From: Lama guanicoe
Taxonomy: Eukaryota
Length of the DNA stretch: 64,000 nt
Assembly: GCA_013239625.1 (NCBI GenBank)
Contig: MU054187.1
Coordinates: 4,227,757 to 4,291,756, forward strand
Direction: 5' to 3'
In this document: positions 54,037-64,000 of the stretch, one piece after another
How positions within the stretch are numbered: position 1 is the stretch's first letter
How the letters are laid out: each line of letters starts with the position of its first letter
Translations under genes and position numbers: made by a program
The notes under the pieces: model-generated
Seen by the model: only the letters and a program-made list of their open reading frames with translations
The model's database searches: none
What the model was told of the DNA's origin: nothing

Positions 54037-54697
54037 TGTGATGGCTGATTTTATGTGTCAACTTGGATAGTCCATGGAGTGCCCAGATATTTGGTTAAAT
54101 ATGATTCTGAGTGTTTCTGTAGGGATTTTTTTTTTTGGATGAAACTAATATTTAAACCAGTAGACTGAGTAAAGCAGATGGCCCTCCCTAATGTGGGTGG
54201 GTCTCATCCAATCAGTTGAAGGCATGAATAGAACAAAAAGGCTGACCCTCCTCCAAGTAAGAGGGAATTCCTCCTGCCTGACTGCTTTTTAACTGCAAAG
54301 ACATTAGTGTTTTCCCACCCTTGGACTTTAACTGAAACATCAGCTCTTCCTGGGTCTCAAGCCAGGCTTTCAGAATTAGGTTACATCTTCAGTTCTCCTG
54401 GTTCTCAGGCCTTTAGACTCAGGCTGGAATGACACCATCTTACGTAAAGACTGATTACAAGAAATTGACTCGTATGATCATGGAGGTCGACAAGTCCCAG
54501 CATCTGCAGGGTGAGTCAGCAAGCTGCAGACCCAGGAGCACTGATGGCGTAGTTTCAGTCTGAGTTCAAAGGCTTGAAAAATAGGAGAACTGAGATCTGG
54601 AAAATTCCAGTGTTTCAGCTGAAGTCCAAAGGCAGGAATACAAATATATACACATAAATGAATATCTCCTATTGGTTCTGTTTCTCTGACTAATACA
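54037..54697 (+). mobile_element. MLT2 (ERVL) solo LTR with internal inversion
   Basis: Runs from 'tgtgatggctgattttatgtgtcaacttgg' to 'ctcctattggttctgtttctctgactaataca'. Segment 54441-54637 is in reverse orientation. Confidence 0.9.
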
Positions 54698-56334
54698 GGG
54701 ATGATGATGACAATGACAAGATAAAAATGTCCTAGTGCCCGTGTGGTGGTGACAATAGTAGTTGAGTTAGGCTCATTAGACTAGCAGATTTTTAACCAAA
54801 ATTTTCCATTTTTGACTCAATTTTGGCGAGTGTAAATGAGCAGCTGTGCCTGTGGGTCATATGCTCCCAACAAAAGGAAATAATGCACCATCCAAGAAAG
54901 CGACATAAAAGAAGTAGCAGCTACATAAAGAGCAGGGAAAGGAAAGGAAGCATGTGATTATACATAAAGAGCCAGGAAAGTTGTAATAGCGGGACATCAC
55001 TGGAGAACTGATGGAGGCAGAAAATACTGAGTGGGTATCACGGGTTAAGTGAAGAGGTGTGAACGTATCTGGAGAAGGTACATGCGATACTGTGGGCTTT
55101 TCAGTGACCCTGGCTCTTTTAAGATGAGACTATAAAACTCATATTGAAGTCTTCACGAGTTTATGGTTTCTGAAACTGTGTGCTATAAATCCAAAGGCAA
55201 GGCAGTTTGCTTTTACCCTAGAAAATAAGAGTGCTGACCCAACTGTCACACATTTCCTGGCTACAGAAAGTGTGCTCTTTTTAAAGGGCCAACAATTTCT
55301 ATCATCTTTATCGAAGAATTCGGGAGATGCGTTCGGTGTATGCACTTCATTTCAAGCCTGAATGGCCATTTGCCTGGTTAATGCAACTCAAAATGTGCAA
55401 CATTTCACTTGATAAACTGACCTCGCAAGGATTTCCAGGACCTTTCCCGGTGACAAAATGCATTTTTTATCACTGCCCCCGGCACTCCTTACAACACACT
55501 CCCAAGTTACCGTGTGCCAAGAGGCAACTTAAGGCAGAGCTTCCAGGGCGTTCAAATTCTCGTAAGAAGCTTTCTTCTATTCTGGTTCCCTCCATTTTTA
55601 AAATCACTCACAAGCAAACGGTTTTAGAGGGACCCCTCCTGTTGAAGGAAGGCTGCGAGCATCACAGTGACGTGTTCTTTTGCAGAAGAGCATTCCTTGA
55701 GAGCCAGTCCTGGGTCTGACGGTCTAGTCAACAATGGGAACTCAGTGAATGGCTCCCAAGCCGCTCCCCACGTTCTGGGGACAATTACAGACCTCGGGCT
55801 ACAACTATGAACCACAGAGACAGCGTTTCTTTCCTGTGTTACCTTTTTTTCTATTGCTGCTGTAACAAATTGCCCTATGCTTAGCAGCTTAAAACAACAT
55901 AACTCTATTACCTTTCAATCCTGTAAATTAGAAGTCTACAACGGGTCCCACTGGGCTAAAATCAAGGTGTCTACAGGGCCGCATTCTTCTCTGGCAGCTC
56001 TTGGGGAGAAGGCCTTCCCTTGCCTTTTCCAGCTGCTTAGAGACTCGCCCACGTTCCTTGGCTCATGGCTCCCTTCTTCCATACCCAGAGCCGTCTCTCT
56101 GGTCCATCTCCCTCACATCTCTCTCCGAGTTTCTTATTCTGTCTCCCTCTTCTGCTTTGAGGACCCTCGTGATGACACTGGGCCCACCCGGACAATCCAG
56201 AATAATCTCCCTATCTTAACATTAACTGCTGCCCAGCCTTAACTCCATCTTCACTCTCTAGCTCCCTTTGCCGTGTAACATCACGTCCTCACGGTTTCCG
56301 GGGTTAGGATGTGGACAGCCTTGGGGGTCACCAC
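54096..56334 (+). repeat. Tandem duplication B, copy 1 (~2.24 kb)
   Basis: Recurs directly downstream. Matching ORFs at 55139/57469, 55327/57657 and 55877/58206. Confidence 0.98.
55835..56334 (-). mobile_element. MLT1 (MaLR) LTR, truncated at the duplication junction
   Basis: 'ttctattgctgctgtaacaaattgcc...gggctaaaatcaaggtgtc...ttaggatgtggacagccttggggg'. Confidence 0.85.
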
Positions 56335-56335
56335 A

Positions 56336-56923
56336 TAAATATGATTCTGAGTGTTTCTGTAGGGATTTTTTTTTTTGGATGAAACTAATATTTAAACCAG
56401 TAGACTGAGTAAAGCAGATGGCCCTCCCTAATGTGGGTGGGTCTCATCCAATCAGTTGAAGGCATGAATAGAACAAAAAGGCTGACCCTCCTCCAAGTAA
56501 GAGGGAATTCCTCCTGCCTGACTGCTTTTTAACTGCAAAGACATTAGTGTTTTCCCACCCTTGGACTTTAACTGAAACATCAGCTCTTCCTGGGTCTCAA
56601 GCCAGGCTTTCAGAATTAGGTTACATCTTCAGTTCTCCTGGTTCTCAGGCCTTTAGACTCAGGCTGGAATGACACCATCTTACGTAAAGACTGATTACAA
56701 GAAATTGACTCGTATGATCATGGAGGTCGACAAGTCCCAGCATCTGCAGGGTGAGTCAGCAAGCTGCAGACCCAGGAGCACTGATGGCGTAGTTTCAGTC
56801 TGAGTTCAAAGGCTTGAAAAATCTGGAAAATTCCAATGTTTCAGCTGAAGTCCAAAGGCAGGAATACAAATATATACACATAAATGAATATCTCCTATTG
56901 GTTCTGTTTCTCTGACTAATACA
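56336..56923 (+). mobile_element. Duplicated, 5'-truncated MLT2 LTR
   Basis: Copy of 54096-54697. Confidence 0.9.
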
Positions 56924-58663
56924 GGGATGATGATGACAATGACAAGATAAAAATGTCCTAGTGCCCGTGTGGTGGTGACAATAGTAGTTGAGTTAGGCTC
57001 ATTAGACTAGCAGATTTTTAACCAAAATTTTCCATTTTTGACTCATGCCTCCTGGGAAAAAGTGATTAAGATGTTTACTTTTGAGTCTGTAAATAGCTTC
57101 CATTCATTCAGCCATATGCGTTACTCATCTACACTGTAAAAGACATTTTGGCGAGATCTTTGTAAATGAGCAGCTGTGCCTGTGGGTCATATGCTCCCAA
57201 CAAAAGGAAATAATGCACCATCCAAGAAAGCGACATAAAAGAAGTAGCAGCTACATAAAGAGCAGGGAAAGAAAAAGAAGCATGTGATTATACATAAAGA
57301 GCCAGGAAAGTTGTAATAGCGGGACATCACTGGAGAACTGATGGAGGCAGAAAATACTGAGTGGGTATCACGGGTTAAGTGAAGAGGTGTGAACGTATCT
57401 GGAGAAGGTACATGCGATACTGTGGGCTTTTCAGTGACCCTGGCTCTTTTAAGATGAGACTATAAAACTCATACTGAAGTCCTCACGAGTTTATGGTTTC
57501 TGAAACTGTGTGCTATAAATCCAAAGGCAAGGCAGTTTGCTTTTACCCTAGAAAATAAGAGTGCTGACCCAACTGTCACACATTTCCTGGCTACAGAAAG
57601 TGTGCTCTTTTTAAAGGGCCAACAATTTCTATCATCTTTATCGAAGAATTCGGGAGATGCGTTCGGTGTATGCACTTCATTTCAAGCCTGAATGGCCATT
57701 TGCCTGGTTAATGCAACTCAAAATGTGCAACATTTCACTTGATAAACTGACCTCGCAAGGATTTCCAGGACCTTTCCCGGTGACAAAATGCATTTTTTAT
57801 CACTGCCCCCGGCACTCCTTACAACACACTCCCAAGTTACCGTGTGCCAAGAGGCAACTTAAGGCAGAGCTTCCAGGGCGTTCAAATTCTCGTAAGAAGC
57901 TTTCTTCTATTCTGGTTCCTCCATTTTTAAAATCACTCACAAGCAAACGGTTTTAGAGGGACCCCTCCTGTTGAAGGAAGGCTGCGAGCATCACAGTGAC
58001 GTGTTCTTTTGCAGAAGAGCATTCCTTGAGAGCCAGTCCTGGGTCTGACGGTCTAGTCAACAATGGGAACTCAGTGAATGGCTCCCAAGCCGCTCACCAC
58101 GTTCTGGGGACAATTACAGACCTCGGGCTACAACTATGAACAACAGAGACAGCGTTTCTTTCCTGTGTTACCTTTTTTTCTATTGCTGCTGTAACAAATT
58201 GCCCTATGCTTAGCAGCTTACAACAACATAACTCTATTACCTTTCAATCCTGTAAATTAGAAGTCTACAACGGGTCCCACTGGGCTAAAATCAAGGTGTC
58301 TACAGGGCCGCATTCTTCTCTGGCAGCTCTTGGGGAGAAGGCCTTCCCTTGCCTTTTCCAGCTGCTTAGAGACTCGCCCACATTCCTTGGCTCATGGCTC
58401 CCTTCTTCCATACCCAGAGCCGTCTCTCTGGTCCATCTCCCTCACATCTCTCTCCGAGTTTCTTATTCTGTCTCCCTCTTCTGCTTTGAGGACCCTCGTG
58501 ATGACACTGGGCCCACCCGGACAATCCAGAATAATCTCCCTATCTTAACATTAACTGCTGCCCAGCCTTAACTCCATCTTCACTCTCTAGCTCCCTTTGC
58601 CGTGTAACATCACGTCCTCACGGTTTCCGGGGTTAGGATGTGGACAGCCTTGGGGGTCACCAC
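56336..58663 (+). repeat. Tandem duplication B, copy 2 (~2.33 kb)
   Basis: Starts 'taaatatgattctgagtg' and ends 'ttgggggtcaccac'. Confidence 0.98.
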
Positions 58664-58677
58664 TCTGCCCACCCCAT
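58164..58677 (-). mobile_element. MLT1 LTR (complete copy)
   Basis: Copy of 55835-56334 that continues into 'tctgcccaccccata', the LTR end. Confidence 0.85.
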
Positions 58678-59094
58678 ACCCTCACAGGCCTTACAGCCTA
58701 GTCAGAGAGCTACCATACAGCGGGCTAAGCACTGATTGGGGAAAAGTCTGGGAGTGCCTAGAGGGGTTCCCTAGGGGGACTTCAGGTTAGAGAAGGCCTT
58801 CCAGAGAAAGTGACACAGAGAATCAGTGGGCGTGGCCAACGGACATTGTGGTCGGGGGAGTGAGGGGGTAGGAACGATACTCCACGTAAAAGGGGTACCA
58901 GGTGCAGAGGCTCAGCAGGCAGGGAGGGAGGAGGGAGCACCCCCAAGTCAAGGACTAAAGGACGTTCTAAAGGGGCAAGGACAAGGTACAGGGTGGGGGC
59001 GTGTGAATCCAGAAAAGCAGATGAGCTGGATCAGGAAGAGATGTGCTGGCCTTGCTAAGCAGGAATTAGTATTACATATTTGTCACTTAACTTT

Positions 59095-59182
59095 ATTTTT
59101 TTAAATGGGGGCACTGGGGATTGAACCCAGGACCTTGTGCGTGCTAAGCATGCACGCTACCACTGAGCTATATCCACTCCCC
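59095..59182 (-). mobile_element. tRNA-derived SINE (camelid vic-1-like) with TSD
   Basis: Minus strand reads 'ggggagtggatatagctcagtggtagcgtgcatgcttagcacgcacaaggtcctgggttcaatccccagtgccccc' (A and B boxes) plus an A tail. TSD gtcacttaacttt / gtcactcaacttt. Confidence 0.9.
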
Positions 59183-59789
59183 TCGTCACTCAACTTTTAA
59201 ATGCTTTTAATGACTTATTTTTTATCTCTCTTAAAATTTAATTTCTCCCAGATATTTGGCACTTCTTTTTTTTTTTTTAATCATACACCGATCTGAAACT
59301 CTTTTCAGATTTAATAGACAGGAAAGTATATTTTCCTCCAGGATTCTAGTCCCCATCTCCTTGACAATTTGGTTTGTATTTAAAACAAAATAAAGGAAAA
59401 GGTTATAATTTAGACCTTTAAAGATTTATGAGAGGCATGCTGTCTGCTCGGAAAAACTGAAACCCTAAAAGCTGGAAAATCAGATGAATTGAGGAAGGCT
59501 TTTTAATACCTCTTCTTTGTACTTTCCAAACCCCCTGGGGTTGCCAGCTCGGGTGGAACGTCTCCCAGCAAGCCTTGTGGTGAGAGTTCTGACACTTCCA
59601 CTGCTGGTTCCTATTGGAAGTATCACAAAATAAGCCTTCTGTGCAACATTTCAGCAATTTTCATGCCAATTCAGGAATTATAGAGAAGAAAAAACTTAGC
59701 CAAAAGCTGCAGAACTTTAAAAAGCTTTAGTTTGAAAGCAACGGTCAAGCACTAACTGTGCTCCAAATCCCTGAGTTGAAGATAAATAT

Positions 59790-60330
59790 ATCAGGAAAGA
59801 ATGCTTTTAGCTGAAAGTAACAGAAAACTGGACTAACAGAGGCTTGAACATGAGACATTTGCTGTTTACTCAAAAACCAAATCAGAAGATAAATCGCTCA
59901 GAGCTGGGCCAGCCGCTTCACAGCGTCGGTGTTTTCACTCTTCCCTCCCTGCAGCTTCGGTAATCAAGGCCTCTTCTGAGACTAACCATAAATAAATTTT
60001 GTTGTCAAATTCAGGACACTTTTGAGTACGAAAGGAGGTGTTATCAATAATCACACTGTGACGGCAGAATTCACGTGGGTAAGTCTTAGGCGACGCAGTA
60101 CCTATGGTTATAGACATTCTTCCTTGTGCTGTGGCCTCATTGTTTCAAAATGGTTGCCACGGTTCCAAACATTGGTCCTATCACCACATTCAAACACAAG
60201 AAAACAAGGGAAAGAGGACATATTAGCAAGCTTGCTTTGCAGGCCTGCCTCTTCCTCAGAAAGGAGCTGCTTTCTCCAAAGCCCTCCTTAGATATCTACT
60301 TACATCTCCTTGCCACCATTAGGTGCAGAG
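59790..60330 (-). mobile_element. Old MLT1 (J/K-like) LTR fragment
   Basis: 'aatgcttttagctgaaagtaacagaaaactggactaacagaggcttgaac...tttcaaaatggttgccacggttcca'. Confidence 0.55.
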
Positions 60331-60645
60331 GTCAGGGCACAGAGCCTCGCCCGGAGTGCTCAGTGACTGCACGGGGCCAGGACAGGGGTACCCCTCCAGG
60401 GGCACTGCTATTTTTGTGCAGTCTTAGCCAAAGGATCCCCACTCCCAAACTCCGTCCTGGTTGTATGTTGGATTCCTTTGGGTCAAGTGCCACTCATGAA
60501 GGTGCTATTTCATTGTACTAAGTAGCATCTAGAGGGCCGGCCTATCTCTAACACAGTTCCACGATGGCAAGCCCTTGCAAAGGGTGCAGAGGCAGCAGGT
60601 GACTACAGTACTTTCTCCTTAATAGAGCTAAAAAATAAAAATAAA

Positions 60646-61958
60646 AAAAGGAAACCATTGACAAAAAGAAAAGACAATCTACTGAATGGAAGAAAATATA
60701 TTTGCAAATGATATGACCGATAAGAGGTTAATTTCCACTATATATAAACAGCTCTCACAACTCAACAGCAAAAAAAAACCAAAAACTTGATTTAAAAAAA
60801 AAATAGGCAGAAGAACTGAATAGACATTCTTCCAACGAGAAAATGCAGATGGCCAACAGGTACGTGAAAGGATGCTCAACGTCGCTAATCACCAGGGAAA
60901 TGCAAACCAAAACCAGAATGAGCTGTCACCTCACACCTGTCGGGATGGCTATCACCAAAGAGAACACAAATAACAAGTGTCAGTGAGGGCGTGGAGAAGA
61001 CGGAGCCCTTGTGCACTCCTGGTGGGAATGTAAATTGGTGCAGCCACTGTGGAAAAGAGTACGGAGGGTTCTCGAAAAGCTAACAATAGAACTGCCACAC
61101 AACCCAGCAATTCCACTCCTGGGTATATGGCTGAAAAAACAAAAACTAACTCAAAGAGACACACACGCCCCAGTGTTCACAGCAGCACTTTTTACAGTTG
61201 CCAAATACGGGGGCAACCTAAGAGTCCATCAACAGATCAATGCATAAGAAAGTTGTGGTGTATATGTATCTTTTCATGTGCCTGTTGGCCATCTGTGTTT
61301 CCTCTTTGGAAAAATGTCTATTCAGTTCTTCTGCCTAATTTCTTTTAATCAAGTTGTTTGTTTTTTTTGCTGTTGAGTTGTGGGAGCTGTTTATATATAG
61401 TGGAAATTAACCCCTTATCGGTCATATCATTTGCAAATATATTTTCTCCCATTCAGTAGATTGTCTTTTCTTTTTGTCAATGGTTTCCTTTTATATACAT
61501 ATTTATATATACATAGTGAAATATTACTCAGTCACAAAAAATAATGAAATGTTGCCATTTGCAACAACATGGCTGGACTTGGAGCACATTATGCTAAGTG
61601 AAGAGAAAGAAATACTGTATGATACCACTTCTATGTGGAATCTAAAAAACACAACAAACTAGTGAATGTAACAAAAAAGAAGCTGACTCACAGATGCAAA
61701 GAACACATTAGTGGTTACCCGTGGGGAAAGGGAAGAGGGAAGGGGGCAGGGGCACCGTAGGGCTAGGGAAGAGGAGGTACGAGCTACTATGTATAAGATA
61801 AGCTATGAGGCTGTCGCGCATGACAAGGGAACTACAGCCAGTATTTTATAGTAACTGTGAATGGAGTATCTACTTTAAAAATTGTGAATCGCTATACTGT
61901 ACATCTGTAAATTACATAATATTGCACATCAACTATACTTCAATTAAAAAAATTTAAA
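60646..61958 (+). mobile_element. 5'-truncated L1 (ORF2 C-terminus plus 3'UTR) with an internal inverted duplicate
   Basis: Encodes [14 protein letters not shown] (L1 ORF2 C-terminal motif). The 3'UTR ends 'ctatacttcaattaaaaaa'. An inverted copy lies at 61266-61492. Confidence 0.92.
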
Positions 61959-62006
61959 GTCAACTAATATTCCCTATGAAAAAAAAAAGCACCAGGCACG
62001 AGCCAA

Positions 62007-62160
62007 GGCACCCTTGCGCTGCAGGCTGGTCTTTGGGGGCACCCCCGTGCTGCGGGCTGCTCTTTGGGGGCACCCCCGTGCTGTGGACTGGTCTTTGGGG
62101 GCACCCCGTGCTGCAGGCTGATCTTTGTGGGCACCCCTGTGCTGCGGGCTGGTCTTTCCG
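62007..62160. repeat. GC-rich minisatellite, 5 x ~31 bp
   Basis: Consensus ggcacccccgtgctgcgggctggtctttggg. Units are contiguous with no spacers. Confidence 0.95.
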
Positions 62161-63469
62161 GGGCCGCACACAGTCAGCTTCGAACTGGGACGTTCACAGG
62201 AGTCCAGCTCCAGGGTGTGTAAACTCTAGCCACAGCTGCCTTCCCAATAAAGCCCTAAGGAATTCTCACCACAGCCTCTGAGAAAGGTGACAGCCCTCAG
62301 ACCGTCCCACCAGAAGGCAGGCTGCTTCTTTTGCCTTCTCGTCCTGTTCCGCATGTCCGAAGACCAGAGACTGCTTTTAGTAAATGTTGGCTGAGCAAAT
62401 AAAGGTCTCAGTATTATCACTGTAAGTTTACAGGAATAAAGTGGAAGCTCTGAAAAAGTAAGTCAGGCGGAACCACTCAACATGCGGTCTGCTCTGTCTG
62501 CTCCTCAAGCCCTGACGTTGACCGTCTTTCGCTGCATGTAGCTGTCGGCCACATGGGATCCATCCTTTCACTACGGATTCTCCCAGCATGCACTGCGTGT
62601 ATGCGTTTGCAAGACATTCCCCTCAATTCACCTAAGAACCTCCTGGGCGGCGGGTGGAGCATGGGAATAGGACGAGTCATTTTCTCCTCCTTGGCATCTC
62701 CAGGTCCCCACTTGTAACAAACAAAGAGCATCCGGCGAAGTTCACGGGAGGTATTACAATACAAACTCCTTGTTTCTTCACAGAAGGCCACAGAGATGAG
62801 ATCACTTTTATTCCATCACTATAACTTTTGCTTGAGAAAAACATTAGCAAGTTTCTCCTTCCAGAAACCTTGCGAATCAATTTGTTCAGTCACCAAGGAC
62901 CGTGCGGCCATCTGTTACTCGGCTGCAAGAGTTGTTTATTCATACTTTTGCCCATTCATCTGTTTTGTGTTTCCTTTTGTCCATTTCTCACTGAAGATAA
63001 ACAAAAACCTGTTAGTGTGTGACGGAAGCCAAGGCCTGAATCTGCCTCTGCCAAGAAGGAGGACATTTGTCAAGGGAGGGCGAGCAGAGGGCGGAGGGAA
63101 TGAAACCCACTTATTACTCTTCCAAGAGAGACAATCATTTTAAATTTCTGATGATGTAGTCCTCTTTGTCTGGCCCTTGAAATGCCCTTTGGATTGCGAA
63201 AAAACGCTAGAAGCGTCAGGCAGAACCATTCCAGCCACGCGAACATTTCTGACACTGTTACTACCTTTCATATTATTTAAAGAATTTCTGCTGCTTTTAC
63301 CTAGGTGAAAAGGTTTGCTTGTCAAATTCAGAGAACAAGGTCATAGAAATGCATCGTTTTTCTAGTAAAAGAGATACCATTCTCTCATCAACCCAGAAAC
63401 ACTGGGGAAGATATTATTAGTAATTCCTCATCATCTTTTTCTAATGATAAGTTTGAATCAATGCCCTTC

Positions 63470-63990
63470 AATTAAATGTCCTTAGTGACAGAATACCCAC
63501 ACCAGATTGAATTAATCGAAGTGAAATTAATTATTCCACAAACCTAAGCAGTCCAGAGGTAGGGCTGAATTCAGGAAAGACTTGATCAAGACTTCAGTAA
63601 AATTACTACAACCTGGTTTCCTCTGTCCTTCATCCCTGCTACCTTCCAAGTGCATCTCATTCTCATGTGCCTTATACATTAGCCAGATGGAGGAAGGAGT
63701 CTCAGTGACAGTTTCCAGGTGCGCTGCAGAGGGAAAGGATCCCCCCGCTCCCGCCATTTAATTCCAGAAGCCTCCGCAAATATCTGGCTATCACTCACTA
63801 ACTTTGATAGGATACATCCATTCTCCAACCAACCTCTGAGGCCAGAGGAAGCCAGGGCTATGAGGGACCAAGCCTAAATCACTTAGACCTTCTGGAACTT
63901 GAGCTGTGGAATGGAGAGGTCAATCTATCTACTGGAACCACCAGTAGATTCCCAGAAGAAAATCTGGAGCTGTTAATCCAAGAAGAGCAG
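63470..63990 (-). mobile_element. Old MLT1-like LTR fragment
   Basis: 'agtgacagaatacccac...aagcagtccagaggtagggctgaattcagg...ccaaccaacctctgaggccagagg'. Confidence 0.45.
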
Positions 63991-64000
63991 ACAGATAATT

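Noticed and set aside
59105..59182. tRNA gene
   Set aside because: It has A and B boxes but also an A-rich tail, a TSD and degenerate relatives nearby, so it is a SINE.
62007..62160. 31-bp repeats as a CRISPR array
   Set aside because: The units are contiguous with no unique spacers, there are no cas genes, and the context is mammalian.
1..64000. A novel defence, enzymatic or RNA-guided system
   Set aside because: No intact multi-domain ORFs, operon-like structure or repeat-spacer arrays. The only RT and endonuclease motifs belong to decayed LINE-1 copies.

Overview
This is mammalian genomic DNA, not prokaryotic. It is most likely a camelid (camel, alpaca or vicuna), judged from short tRNA-derived SINEs of the camelid (vic-1-like) type and cetartiodactyl-style L1 3' ends. 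The window is almost entirely intronic or intergenic and rich in repeats (L1, L2, MIR, MER5-type DNA transposons, MLT1/MLT2/ERV1 solo LTRs, microsatellites). No complete protein-coding gene can be supported. A CpG island at ~13.0-13.7 kb looks like a + strand promoter and first exon ending in ATGAAGC|gtaagt, but I cannot name the gene. The most striking structures are two head-to-tail tandem duplications: ~5.5 kb (29076-34553 / 34554-40057) and ~2.3 kb (54096-56334 / 56336-58663). Either could be a real CNV or an uncollapsed-haplotype assembly artefact. Several retroelements are rearranged: an L1 with an ORF1-to-RT deletion, twin-primed inverted L1 3' ends, an MLT2 LTR with an internal inversion, and an L1 carrying an inverted copy of its own 5' end. 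I found no evidence for a novel enzymatic, defence or CRISPR-like system. Repeat family names come from my recall of consensus motifs, not from a database search, and repeat boundaries are approximate unless a target-site duplication (TSD) is quoted.
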